The notes below the pieces were generated by a model. The model had not been told where the DNA came from and searched no databases. It was given only the letters and a program-made list of their open reading frames with translations. From Octopus sinensis (taxonomy: Eukaryota): a DNA stretch of 64,000 bases. Each line of letters begins with the position of its first letter. Position 1 is the stretch's first letter. The position numbers and the translations under genes were made by a program. The DNA lies in NCBI RefSeq assembly GCF_006345805.1, contig NC_043000.1, positions 84,816,001 to 84,880,000 of the forward strand, in the 5' to 3' direction. This document shows positions 28,655 through 42,010 of the stretch, one piece after another.

Positions 28655-29235
28655 TAAATTTCAGAAAGGTTTTTGCAGGCTTTTAATTGTCCCAATATGA
28701 TGAACGTGTCCTGCACTTTATGAATTATGGAGCACCTTTTTATTCATCAAGAATCCAAGTTCAGCTATACTCTAATGCATTCGAGTTGGCACATATCTTT
28801 CCGCTTGGGTACAGGACTTACAAACTCTTACTCATCCATTGTACATTTTTCCTAACCACATTGATGTCTAGTAAGCAGCTGACTTTCTTAACAGAACAAG
28901 CAATTATTTTACGGTCCCAAACAACAATATCAGGCTGGTTATGTTTTTAATTTGTTCGTTGCTTTTATTTCTCAGCTCCACCAATTCTTATTATTGCGAT
29001 CCAACGATCAGTTTCAACATTTTCATCATTCTTTGTTGTTTCATTTATTTCTTTAATATTTGAGGTCACTTGTATTTCTCACTCTCCTCTGTTCGTAATC
29101 ATGTACACAATCCATTCTTTGTCTGCTTGTTGAGATTGTAAGCAATAAGCAACTACGAAACTTGAAAATGAAATGATTCATTTGGTGAGAGAAAGAACGC
29201 CAGATTTTGGTACAAATATGGCCGCCACGTACTTG
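28655..29235 (-). pseudogene. R4/Dong-like RLE LINE 3' fragment (subfamily 2)
   Basis: KNWWS*EIKATNKL-KHNQPDIVVWDRK..KKVSCLLDINV..LYP..CKTFLKF at the ORF end. Confidence 0.75.
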
Positions 29236-30086
29236 ACTTATGTAGAAAAGAATTTTATAGAATTACACTTGTATTTTATTCGTATTATATAGTATTAGTG
29301 TTGACGATCATTCGGTAGGAATGCTACAGTTGATGTGAAATAAGCAATAAAGATGTCTAATACCCTCATAATTCCTCAGCGGAGAGGTGCAGAGTCACTT
29401 CATTACTGATTCAGCAGTCTTGTTAAAATTTAAAAGAACGCAGCTCAAAAGAATTATTGTGTTAGCACTTTGATGCACAAATATAAATATGCATTTCTTT
29501 GTGTTCTAATGCGTATTGTATGCTTCTATCCAATTACATACCAATGCACAAACATATGCATACAGACACATAAACATACAATCATATATATATACACACA
29601 CGCTCATATATTCATGTATATAAATATATGTATATTTACGCAATATACATATATATACGTATATATATATATTATATATATATATATATATATATTATAC
29701 ATATATATATATATATATTATATATATATATATATATAATATATATCTATATATATATATATATATTATATATATATAAGTATATATCATACGCATACAC
29801 ACACATGTTTCAATATATGGAAGCTTTGAGATATGTGTTTGAGTTTGTATATGTGTATGAGTGGAGGGGGGCACGTATGTGTATGTTCGCGTGTGTGTAT
29901 ATGTATGTATGTGAGTATCAAAGTATATATACGCACGTATTTAAATTGTTGATGAGTCAAATATAGTTTCTCTACTCGTTGTAAAGGAGTATCATAAAGT
30001 CTCTGAAACATATTGCTAATGATGTGTGGAAGATAACAAGTATAGTAATATTGAAAGCTTAATTATACACTAAGCACACAAACGTA

Positions 30087-30141
<55 letters not shown>

Positions 30142-30379
30142 GCACACACACACATACACATACGCATGTACACACCCATACACACTTGATAAAATATATA
30201 TGCTCTTGTATTCGTTTATACACGTATACTTCATCAGATAATTACATATGTACAATTGCGTGCATATGAAAATATTAAAGCTGGAAACGAAGGTATATAT
30301 GTACATAATGAGTGTGCGTACATTTGTGTGTGTAAGTTGGGGGGGAGGGGAATATTACAGTGGTTATTGATACGTGTCA

Positions 30380-31660
30380 AATCCAAAAATACACACGCAC
30401 GCACACACACACACACACACACTCACCTATACACACGCACTCGCACATACACGCTCAAACACACATGGACTTACTTGCACACACCCAAACACACACATCC
30501 ACACAAACAACACCCGCACACACACATACACACAAATAAATGCGTGCGCGCGCACACACACAAGCACGCATACACATTCTTACACGCACGCACATACACA
30601 TATAAATACACACATGTGCGCAACACACGCATGTACACACATACACACAATTCGTATTCGGGTTCTTTTACAAATCGGGTGCAAGATATCCTAGTATTAC
30701 ACTTTCTCTAACAGATATACACACGCACGCACACACATACATACATACACTGCATACGTCCACAGACACAGGCATGCACATTCACACAGACATACTCACG
30801 CATATAGATCGTACACTGTCATATATACACACTCTGTATCATCATTCTCACACACACATACACACGCATACACTCATACATACACACTATATCCACTTAC
30901 GTACATATACATATATACACGCGTACATACACAAGCAGACGCATATAAATATATACACATCTTTGTATTTCCATGCCAATATCTTCTTCCATACACACAC
31001 ATAAGCACCACATACCCACAAGCACATATACACACTCACACTACACCCGCACATATATACATGCACAAAGATATATATCAGTATAATCGTCATCCACGCA
31101 CATACACACACCACATACTCATAAGCACACACACACATACACGCACCACATACACAGAGCCACACACACACACACACATACACGCACCAAATACATAGTC
31201 ATACATACACACACATACATACACCACACACGCACACATACACACGCCACACACACATAAACACACCACATAAACATAGCCGCACACACATACACACGTC
31301 ACATACACAGAGCGACACAGACACACATACACACCCCACATACACAAAGACACACACACATACACATACGCCATAAACAGAGAACACATACATACATGCA
31401 CCACATACTCAGAGCTACACACACAAATACACACCGCATACACAGAGCCACACGCATACACACTCCACATGTACAGAGCTACACACACACACATACATAC
31501 ATGCACATACACACATACATATACACATACACATACGTACATATATATATATACACGCGTACATACACAAACAGACGCATATAAATATACACATCTTTGT
31601 ATTTCCATGCCAATATCTTCTTCCATACACACACATAGGCACCGCATACGCATATATCGA
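30380..31660. repeat. degenerate CA/CATA-rich minisatellite with a ~95-bp internal direct repeat
   Basis: acacgcgtacatacaca..catctttgtatttccatgccaatatcttcttccatacac at 30915-31010 and 31551-31645. Confidence 0.9.
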
Positions 31661-32386
31661 TATGGACATCTCGGCGACATCACCAAACTCACACATACAC
31701 ACACTGGAATTAAGTTGGATAAATCTCACCAAGTGTTCCAGGATTATCCAGTAAAGCAATTAGAATATACTGTCTCATTTCTGGTCTGACTCTCCAAGAC
31801 AAGACTTACAAAATCCTCTGTAATTTCTCATTTCACATTTTCTGCCAGATTCATCAAAGTCTTTTCTTCTCTCAATACGTTCTTCCACTATCTTTCCTTT
31901 CCTTCTCACAATGGATCGAAGTTAATTTGTGAAAATGGAGATTATTGCAAATCGAATATTTCAAGCAGCATTGTGTGTGTGTGTGTGTGTGTGCGTGTTT
32001 ATGTATATATATCATATGTATGTATATATGATATGTATGTACTATATATATGAATGTATATAGATATATATACATATATTATATATATTATATTATATAC
32101 ATACATATATATATATAGATATATATATTATATACTATACATACATAATACATACATATATATAGTATGTGTATATATATATATTATATATACACATACA
32201 TATATATATTAATATATAGATATATTTAATATATCATATTTATTATATATATACATATATACATACATATAATATATATATATATATACTCATATACATA
32301 ATATATAATATATTTCATATTTATTATATATATATATAATATATATATAATATACACATACATACATACATACATACATATCTATA

Positions 32387-32431
<45 letters not shown>

Positions 32432-32514
32432 GAGGCATACTTATATATTTTACTGGTGATAAGAATAAAGATAGTTATCAATGCGTGTTGGGCACAAATT
32501 CTCGCAGTTCAATA

Positions 32515-32550
<36 letters not shown>

Positions 32551-32572
32551 TGTGTGTGTGTGCGTGTGTGTG

Positions 32573-32660
<88 letters not shown>

Positions 32661-32907
32661 ACTTGAAGTTCGCATATATGCTTGTGACATATTTCAGCTC
32701 CTAAAAGCAAATTCACGGCAGTTTTACGATGCAGATAAAGGATTCTGTCTTATGGTAAAAGGTGTGAAAACACCATATCTGTCTAATGCTGTTCCCTGCC
32801 GGATTTTCAGACCTTCTTCTAGCGCTTTAGCCATTATCAATGAGAAATATCAGAGAGAGGCAACTCTGGGAAGACTTGGTTAAACCCATAGCTTTAACTA
32901 AAACAAA

Positions 32908-33830
32908 CCGTATATACTCGACTATATACTAATCGTCACTTTCATCATCACTTTCACCAAATAACTGTTAAAACTCCTCGGTTGTGATGGTCTCGTCGTA
33001 TACGCCCTGATCTTCGTCTTCACTTGCCTGATCTTCATTAACTGATGAAGCACTGGAGCTAATATTTCTTGCACAGACGATATCATTAAATTTTCACCGT
33101 AAAAGGCTTGCTCACCGACACGCCAAGTGACCCTTTCCCCTGAACATACATCACTTTATCCTTCGGAAACTTCTCTTTCGGGAAAGTCTTCCTTTAGAAA
33201 ACATCAGCTTGGGTAAGTTTCGTACCGTCAGCCATACAAACCAAAATTGTGATGAATTGGGCCTTGTCGCTCCCCATAGCTTTTACCTAAATTGTGTTTC
33301 TCCCTTTAACGTTGACTGCCCGAGTTCCTACCATATCGAAAAAAAGTGGTGTCTCGTCCATATTGCCGATTGCTTCCAATGCAAACTTGTGGTCTTTCGT
33401 AGGTCTATTACATACTGATAGAAGGAATCAACTTTGCTCTCTACGTCGGCGGGTAATTTCTTTGCGATATGAGTCTTCTGTCTCGGCGTTAGATTGTGGC
33501 GTTTCATAAAACTTGTACACTAGCCAGGGGATGCTTTAAAGTCGGATATACCATGTTCTTTAGTCACTTGGAGAGCCCGCAATCTAATGATGTTTCTTGT
33601 GACAACAAATCCATTCGTGCATAGTACAGTCACCCAGTCTCTCAAGCTAGTCTCCATCTCCTCATTGTGATACATTCCTATCCTAATTTTCTTTAACGAT
33701 TTGATGTCAAAGGATTTAATTTTCTCCTCTTCCAAACGCCAATCTTTGACAGTGATTTACGAATCACTGGTATCGCAAATAGCTAGACAGGTTGTATAAA
33801 AATTTACTTGTTACAGAATCAGTATTAGCT
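32908..33830 (-). pseudogene. decayed pogo/Tc2-type transposon (CENP-B HTH plus N-terminal DDE_1)
   Basis: SLRDWV..GFVVTRNIIRLRA..GISDFKASPG, then IGNMDETP (33347-33371) and CMADGTKL..RKTFPKEKFP; TIR-like ccgtatatactcgactata at 32908; DDE C-terminus deleted. Confidence 0.88.
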
Positions 33831-34824
33831 CAAAATAGTATTCTGCATATCTTACTCAACGTAGATATAATGTAGGAAACAACAAAACTGCGGCATTAGT
33901 CTCGGGAAAACATCTCGTGTAGACGTATGGTTCTAAAAGCACAGAAGTATGCCAGAAACAGACGGAAAGCGTCCAGCAGAGGCTGTGGAAGTGCTAAATC
34001 CAGATTTATCTTTCCTATTATTTTATACTTCTCTTCGAATCCGAACCCCAAAGCAAGAGTCAACAAGAGAGCCTGAACTTAGTCAATCGACCTGCTAGAA
34101 ATAATGGTCAAATATACCCCAGACTATATTCAACAGTTTGGGATTTTTTTTAATAACGTAGTCCGCACTACACTCTTTCTGTAAATGGTACGAGATGGTC
34201 ATTGTTTGAATTATATGTCCGTTTCATCACGACCGATTTGGGAGCTAAACAACAGCAACAACAGCAACAGCAACAACAACAGCAACAACAACAGCAACAG
34301 CAACAACAACAGCAACAATAACAGTAACAACAGCAACAAACGAAATTTTATATGAGCTCAAAGCTTCCAAAACGTTAGTTCCTAACGCTTTTAAAGAATT
34401 CACTTCCCTGAGTTAGCAGAGTGGAATAGTTAATAGCAGCCTCGACCAAAATTGAATTCCATCCACGAATGAGAGGAACGCCGAAATTCCAGAAGGTTCG
34501 ACAATTTATTATCATGAAAATTAAAAACAAAAATTCGCTATTTCGATTCGGTAATAATTCACTTCAAGCATTGATGTCCTCTCAACTGAAATTATCATGG
34601 GGCAAACCGTTTCATTGCAGACGCCTTTCGCTTACCTTATCACAGACAATTGCAGCATACTGCAGTGTGTTGCACAAATGCTAATGATGCACTTGTTATT
34701 CCAAAGCAGTCAACCTGTTTTGTGGCTGATTGTCTTCTAAGCAGAGATAAAAGTGACAGACAAATATTGCTGGAATTCACTTCCAAAAGCATACAAGATA
34801 TTTGCAACGATTTGACAAAATAGA

Positions 34825-34858
<34 letters not shown>

Positions 34859-35149
34859 TAATAATAAATAAATGAAACAAAACACGAAGGAACCATCTTG
34901 ATAAAATTATAACGAATTACATTAAAATGATTAAAGCTTAAAGATTAGAGTTTTATATCCTAAAAAAATGATTAAATTAATGCGAACATTCCACCACACG
35001 CGCGCACACACGCACACACGCACGCGCACACACATATGCACGCACGCACACATATACACGCGCTCGCGCTCAAACACATACATATATACACACACACGTA
35101 TTTCATGCTATAAATTGCAAGAAAAGGATTCAATTGATTGGAGACTGAA

Positions 35150-35361
35150 GGACAGAAGGAAGGAAGGAAGGAAGGAAGGAAGGAAGGAAGGAAGGAAGGA
35201 AGGAAGGGGGGATGGGGGAGGGAGGGAGGGATGAATGAAGGGAGGGGAGATGGAACGAACGAACGAACAAACGAACGGAATGAAGAAAGCGAAGGAATAA
35301 AGATACAAAGAGAGAAAAGGAGAAAGAAAGAAAGAAAGAAAGGAAGGAAGGAAGGAAGGAA

Positions 35362-35423
<62 letters not shown>

Positions 35424-35490
35424 AGAAAGAAAGAAAGAAAGAAGGAAGGAAGGAAGGAGGAAGGAAGAAAGAAAGAAAGAAGGAAGGAAT
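35150..35490. repeat. (GGAA)n/(GAAA)n polypurine tract
   Basis: Read directly. Confidence 0.95.
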
Positions 35491-35619
35491 GTAATGGAAA
35501 CTGGAGATTTTCAAAAGTCAAGAGAACCTTTTGAGATAAAGCTGAAATTCTAGGTTGAGTAACTGAAGTTGATTACAGTGGCAAGACAAGGATTTGTGAG
35601 AGAATAAATATTCCTTTCT

Positions 35620-36090
35620 ACTATAGCCACAAGGCCTGAAATTTGGTAGGAGTGGGCCAGTCGATTACATCGACCCCACTACTTGTTTGGTACTTATTTT
35701 CTCGACTCCGAATGGATGAAAGGCGAAGTCGACCTCGGTGGAATTTGAACTCAGAACGTAAAAACAAACGAAATGCCGCTGACTGTTTTGTCCGACGTGC
35801 TAACGCTCCTGCCAGCTCGTTCACTTTGAGACCATAAATATTGGTTTCAAATCTTGGCATAGGACTGGCAATTTCGATTATATTGACCTTAGTGCTCAAC
35901 TGATACTTATTTTACCGACCCGAAAGGATGAAAGGCAAAGTCGACCTCGGCAGAATTTGAACGCAGAACGTAAGGGCGTACGAAATGCAGTAAAGCATTT
36001 TGCCCGGCCTGCTAACGATTCAGCCACCTCGCCGCCTTAAGTATTTTTCCCGGTAGGCTAACAATTCTGCCAACTGACCGCCTTAATATT
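35620..36090 (-). mobile_element. two SINE family A units plus a partial duplicated head
   Basis: Repeated gtcgacctcgg..aatttgaac.cagaacgtaa. Confidence 0.85.
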
Positions 36091-36689
36091 AACAGTAAAT
36101 TTAACAACAATAGTAGTAACAAAGAATTGACTAATATGTTTTAGAATCAAGCACAGGGAGAAGTTTGTAATTTTTATAAATATAAGCTCGAATCCCACAA
36201 ACAGCCCTCAACTTTTTTCTGTCTAAAAGGGTTTTCTAACCAAATATTTACGTGCTATTATTTATGGCTTTATCTACTTCGATTTCTAAAGTTGAAAATG
36301 AATTATTTCACGTTTTCTCGAAATTTCTAAATTTTTCTGACGTAAACAACTTACACTTCCCACTGGTAAGACCAAGGTTTCTAAAATCAGTAGAGAATTT
36401 CGAAGGATTACTTTGATCCAATGATAGAACGTTTGCAATGTTTACTGAAGATGTAGGTACAAATCCCACGAGCAGCCTTTGGCTTTTTCTATTTAAAGTA
36501 GTTTTTAATCCATTATTATTTATATTATATTATAATTTATAGTTTTATGTACATCGGGTTTTGCAGTTAAAAACAATTAGAATAACAAGACTATCTGCAC
36601 ACGTTCTTACTCTTTTGTTTCTATTCTAACGCCTAAATTACAATTGAGGCGTTAAAATAGAAACAAGCTTGGAATTTTGTGGTGGCATA

Positions 36690-37330
36690 AGACACACGTA
36701 TGGAACTTCATTTCACGATGCACCAATCTACTCGGCTTTAAAAAGGGGCGACCTAGTGGTGATGCAGCCTTCTACCCATTGAGTTATCACATTAATTATG
36801 TTCCACTGGGTCAAGTGTCTACATCCTTCGTTCCTTCCTATCTCTTGATCCCCTGGTCGTAGAGGCATTTGTTAATGATGTCACAACTATATTTCGCCAC
36901 TTTTCTATGTCCTCTGCTGCCCTCTGTGAGTCGGCATGATTGAGGCCTGCCCACTCTTAGTATTAACCCGGCGACGATCGAACCGATATGGGTTCTGGTC
37001 TGGTTGTCATCATCATGAATGTTTTATGAGCAGGTTAACTTGGCGGCGCCTATTCCTCTCACACGCCTTTGCTCCGAACACTAGGCCATTGATCGGGACA
37101 GATTCCTCCGCCCTAACCGGTTACTCTGTGGGAAGCAGTGTTAAAACCATTCTCTCACTTACTTTAGCCCAACAGCTGGAGTGAGGTGTGCCACTAGGAC
37201 CTATCGAGTGAGAGATTAGGAGTTGTATGAAACAAGTGGTGCCTGTTCCTCTGAGCATCTCTGGTAAGGTGCAGCTGCGAGGCACCAAAGGTTCTGCCTC
37301 TATTCAGAGCCACCAACACCCCAACTACAT
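36690..37330 (-). mobile_element. RTE (BovB-like) derived element: ORF C-terminus apparently joined to non-coding sequence
   Basis: ADSQRAAEDIEKWRNIVVTS..RD (36835-36935) resembles the RTE-BovB C-terminus SQRAVENREKWR; no RT in between. Confidence 0.55.
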
Positions 37331-37509
37331 AGACACCTAAAACAATTAGCGAAAGCATGGAACATCTATCTATCTGTTAAGTTATTAGCTAGCGAAAGTT
37401 TATATATATATATATATATATATACTAGCAGAATTGCCCGGCGTTGCTCGGGGCTGAATTGCTTGAAAGTACTGTTAATGATTGCACTGAATTATGATGA
37501 TTATTCAGG

Positions 37510-38021
37510 CAAATATTGATATAAGTTTACGGTGGGAGATAAGGACTTAACGATCAAACGTGTGCCATTGCATTGTTTTGGGGGAACCAAATTTCTGATG
37601 AGCATTATAGGGCACCAACTTTAAGTTTGAGAAAGTGTGGTGGTAGTCCGGGGTGCTCAAAGGAATTGAGTACCTCTATTGGATAGTTGATGACGTCCTC
37701 TGGGCCAGGAGTTGTATCGATAGACTGATATACATAGACTTCCCCAGGAATGAGTTTTAGCATTTCATCATTAATATGGTGAACAGTTTTATTCCTCGTG
37801 GCCAGTATAGCCTTTTTGCCAATCCAATCCATATTCTGATAATTAGCTTGTAGATCTGGGAACACTGCATCTCTGAGATCAGAAGGCGTCTTAACAATGA
37901 TACAAATGGAATCGATGGCAATATTACCATTTTCATCCCCTGGTATTTTGCCTTCGCCAAGTGCAAGGAGGATGTGAGGAAATGCTGCTGATGTGATATT
38001 ACGTCGCATATGAGCACGCAT
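37510..38021 (-). pseudogene. Helitron RepHel PIF1-like helicase fragment
   Basis: LLALGEG..VFP..KAILATRNKTVHHIN..YQSIDT..YPIEVLNSFEHPGLPPHFLKLKVGA, then MLIRNLVPPKQCNGTRLIVK after a break in the ORF. Confidence 0.9.
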
Positions 38022-38268
38022 ATTGGTGTGAAGTTTGAGAGTTACTTCCCTTTATTTAAAAAAATATGCATTAAAATGGGAAAAAATGATGGTAAATTAT
38101 TTGTAAAATCATGACTCATCGTAGACGCACGCTAATACCCAGAAGGGCTCGATATGAATCACGACTATAAGATACCCGGTTTTGGTTAAACTCCATCGCA
38201 AAATGTGGGAGTAGTTAGGAATCTAAATCGGAGTAGACAGACACACAACCTTTCTTTTATATATAAAT

Positions 38269-38745
38269 ATTTTCGTCCTAAAAAACTTTGTATGGATTGA
38301 ATGGTTACCTCTATGGAAATATATACACGCACATTATACATACATGTGTGTATAGATGAATATATAAATACATTTAAATATCTATATACACTTTTGGGCG
38401 ATCTTTCTGTTTCTTAGAGATAACTTTAGATCTTATTTTCGTGCTAAAAAACTTTGTATGGAGTGAATGGTTACCTCTATGGAAATATATATACACACAC
38501 GTTATACATACATGTGTGCATAGATGAATATATAAATACATTTATATATCTATACACTTTTGGGCGATCTCTGTGCTACTTAGAGATAACTTTAGATCTT
38601 ATTTTCGTCCTAAAAAACTTTGTGCGGAGTGAATGGTTACGTGTATGGAAATATATACACACACATTATACATACATCTGTGTATAGATGAATATATAAA
38701 TACATTTAAATATCTATATACACTTTTGGGCGATCTTTCTGCTAC
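38269..38745. repeat. 166-bp tandem repeat, ~2.9 copies
   Basis: The ttttc before gt(c/g)ctaaaaaactttg ends at 38274, 38440 and 38606 (period 166). Confidence 0.93.
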
Positions 38746-38756
38746 TTGGATATAGG

Positions 38757-39172
38757 GGCGATGTTTCGCTTGTCGTAGCACACGTTTCCGTCGATTTCCG
38801 TAAAAAATGTTAACACTGAATCGGCCATACATACATACATACATACACACACACATACATATACACATACACCGAGTAAAAAAATTCAGTTATCTCTCTC
38901 TTTCACACATTACTCTCTCTGTCTCTTCACACACACTAACAGAAGCACTTCACTTACACAACATACTGTCTGTCTCCCACACTCCATCAAACACACACAC
39001 ACACACACACATGTACATCAATGCGTCCCATGCACGGTAACTTCAAAAGAACTTCCCTCGTCATACAATCGCTTTCTCTTAGTCTCTTTCGCTCTCATTA
39101 CTTATGTAAAAAAATAAAAGTTTTTTACGGAAATCGACGGAAACCTGTGCTACGACAAGCGAAACATCGCTG
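38757..39172. mobile_element. hAT-like MITE with ~50-bp TIRs and an ATATAGG(T) target-site duplication
   Basis: gcgatgtttcgcttgtcgtagcaca.gtttccgtcgatttccgtaaaaaa and its reverse complement; atatagg on both sides; empty paralogous site at ~42650-42670. Confidence 0.88.
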
Positions 39173-39984
39173 ATATAGGTCTTATATTCGTCCTAAAAAA
39201 CTTTCCTGTCACACACTCACGCACACGCACGCACACACACACACGCGCGCGCGCACCCTCACACACACACGCACACACACACTCACACACACGCACGTTA
39301 GCTTACAATTTTATTTATATATTTGCGTGTCTATGTGTGTAAAGAGGAAGTGGCAGACTGAAAGAGTCACTCACTACAAAAGGTGAATTACTTTCATTTT
39401 ATTCGTTGCACACTGTGTGTGCGTGTGCGTGTGGTGTAAACCACATTAAGAAAAGCATTTGACATACACACCAGAATGTGAGTTTTCTGTAAATTTTGCT
39501 TAATTGGAGTTTAAATTTTAAAAAGTGGACCTGGCAAAACCCGATGCATTCTACTCTTAAAAATGCTAAGTAAATTGTAATTGAAGAAATCCTATATTGT
39601 AGATTTCTATAAGATACAAACCGAGGCAGATAAAATCTGCCTTTTATAATAAGAGACTAGCAGTATCGCCCGGCGTTGCTCGGGTTTGTAAGGGAAATAA
39701 TTATATAAGCATTTTTAGAGATGTAAAGTATAATAGCCATCTCAATATGGCTAACCACAAAGGGGGAGAGGTGTTACTGTAGCTTTTTACGTTCTGAGAT
39801 TTAATAATAAATTTTAGAGAGTTACTTCCCTTATATATGTGAACAGGTCGCGGTCTCAAAGCGAGGAAAATATTTTGGCAAATTAAATTTAAATGTTGAA
39901 GTGAATCTAACGGTTTTTGTGTGTTTCTTAAATGGCTTACAAACACCTTCCACGCTACAATATATATATATATACACACACACA

Positions 39985-40020
<36 letters not shown>

Positions 40021-40349
40021 TATATGTGTGTATATGTGTATGCATGTATGTGTGTTTGTGTGTGCGTGTCTGTGCTTGTGTTTGTCCTCCACCACTGCTT
40101 GACAACGAATGTTGGTTTGTTTACATCCCTGTCACCTAGTGGTTTGACAAAGGAAACAGATAGAATAAGTACAATGCTTACAAAAATAAAACTGGAGTTG
40201 ATTCATTAAACTACAATTCTTCAAGGCATTGCCCCAGCATGGCCACAGACCAATGGCTGGAAAAAGCAGAAGAATAAAAGAATACATTCTCTGCTTTGGT
40301 CTTATGTTCAAGGCATGAGAAAGCTTGAGTTTACATGAGAAGGCCTAAC

Positions 40350-40722
40350 AGACCTGGTAGAAACAGCAGCCAAATCTCCCTCAAATCACACCTTACTGTC
40401 TTATGTATGTATATATATATGAGCCAATGAGGGGGACCTCTACATGATAGCTAGACCTGGTAGAAATAGCAGCCAAATTTCCCCCAAATCACACCTTACT
40501 GTCTTATCTATGTATATATGTATGTATGAGCCTATGAGGGAGACCCCTACATGGCAGCTAGACCTGGTAGAAATAGCAGCCAAATTTCCCCCAAATCACA
40601 CCTTACTGTCTTATCTATGTATATATATATGTATGAGCCTATGAGGGAGACCCCTACATGGCAGCTAGACATGGTATAAATAGCAGCCAAATCTCCCTCA
40701 AATCACACCTTACTGTCTTATG
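40350..40722. repeat. 103-107-bp minisatellite, ~3.5 copies (~2.5 copies in the paralog at 42376-42641)
   Basis: agacctggtagaaatagcagccaaat..caccttactgtcttat units starting at 40350, 40453, 40560 and 40667. Confidence 0.92.
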
Positions 40723-41644
40723 TATGTTATTTAATGTAAAGTCTTCCTCACTCTCGCTATTTACTCTCTTCCAAGAACATTTTCACTCACTCTTATCTCT
40801 TAGCTTGCCATACATTTTACTCATGTATCTATCAGGGTGATAGACAGAAACAAATATTACATCGCCATCGCCATCGCCATCGCATTCTATTGTCTACCTG
40901 TCAACACACACACAGTGAATTACTTTCATTTTATTCGTTGCACACTGTGTGTGTGCGTGTGCGTGTAGTGTAAACCACATTAAGAAAAGCATTTGACATA
41001 CACACCAGAATGTGAGTTTTCTGTAAATTTTGCTTAATTGGAGTTTAAATTTTAAAAGCTGGACCTGGCACGACTCGATGTATTCTACTCTTAAAAATGC
41101 TAGGTAAATTGTAATTGAAGAAATCCTATATTGTAGATTTCTATAAGATACAAACCGAGGCAGATAAAATCTGCCTTTTATAATAAGACTAGCAGTATCG
41201 CCCGGCGTTGCTCAGGTTTGTAAGGGAAATAATTATATAAGCATTTTTAGAGATGTAAAGTATAATAGCCATCTCAATATGGCTAACCACAAAGGGGGAG
41301 GGGTGTTACTGTAGCTTTTTACGTTCTGAGATTTAATAATAAATTTTAGAGAGTTACTTCCCTTATATATGTCAAAAATGGATTAAAAATGGGAAAAATT
41401 GATGGTAAATTTTTTTTAAATCGTAGACTCATCGTAGACGCGCGCTAATACCAGACGGTCTCGATATGAATCACGACTATAAGGTACCCGGTTTTGGTTA
41501 AACTGCACCACAAAATGTGGGAGTAGTTAGGAATCTAAATCGTAGGAGACAGACACACAACCTCACTTTTATATATAAATATTTCCTCTATTTACATAAT
41601 ATTGAGGTCTCTTTCTTTCTTTTGTTATCTTACTGTTTTTACCA

Positions 41645-41675
<31 letters not shown>

Positions 41676-41751
41676 AATATATATATAGTTACAGAGATGT
41701 ACTTGCATAGCAAGTGACTTGATCTGAGATCGTGTGCTGGAACGAAAACAG

Positions 41752-42010
41752 TTGCAGCGTTGAAGGTGTTTATAAGCCATTTAAGAAACACACAAAAACC
41801 GTTAGATTCACTTCAACATTTAAATTTAATTTGTCAAAATATTTTCATCGCTTTGAGACCGCGACCTGTTAGCACGATATCTTTGTCAGTGAACAGGTCG
41901 CGGTCTCAAAACGACGAAAATATTTTGGCAAATTAAATTTAAATGTTGAAGTGAATGTAACGGTTTTTGTGTGTTTCTTAAATGGTTTACAAACACCTTC
42001 CACGCTGCAA
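41752..42010. mobile_element. fold-back element: 119-bp inverted arms with a 21-nt spacer
   Basis: 41752-41870 is the near-perfect reverse complement of 41892-42010; the right arm alone recurs from 39842. Confidence 0.9.

Noticed and set aside
31810-31920. Minus-strand open frame ending KCEMRNYRGF with a GTAAGT donor
   Set aside because: No acceptor upstream, and the peptide looks like a LINE RT 'C.NYRG' remnant rather than a host exon.
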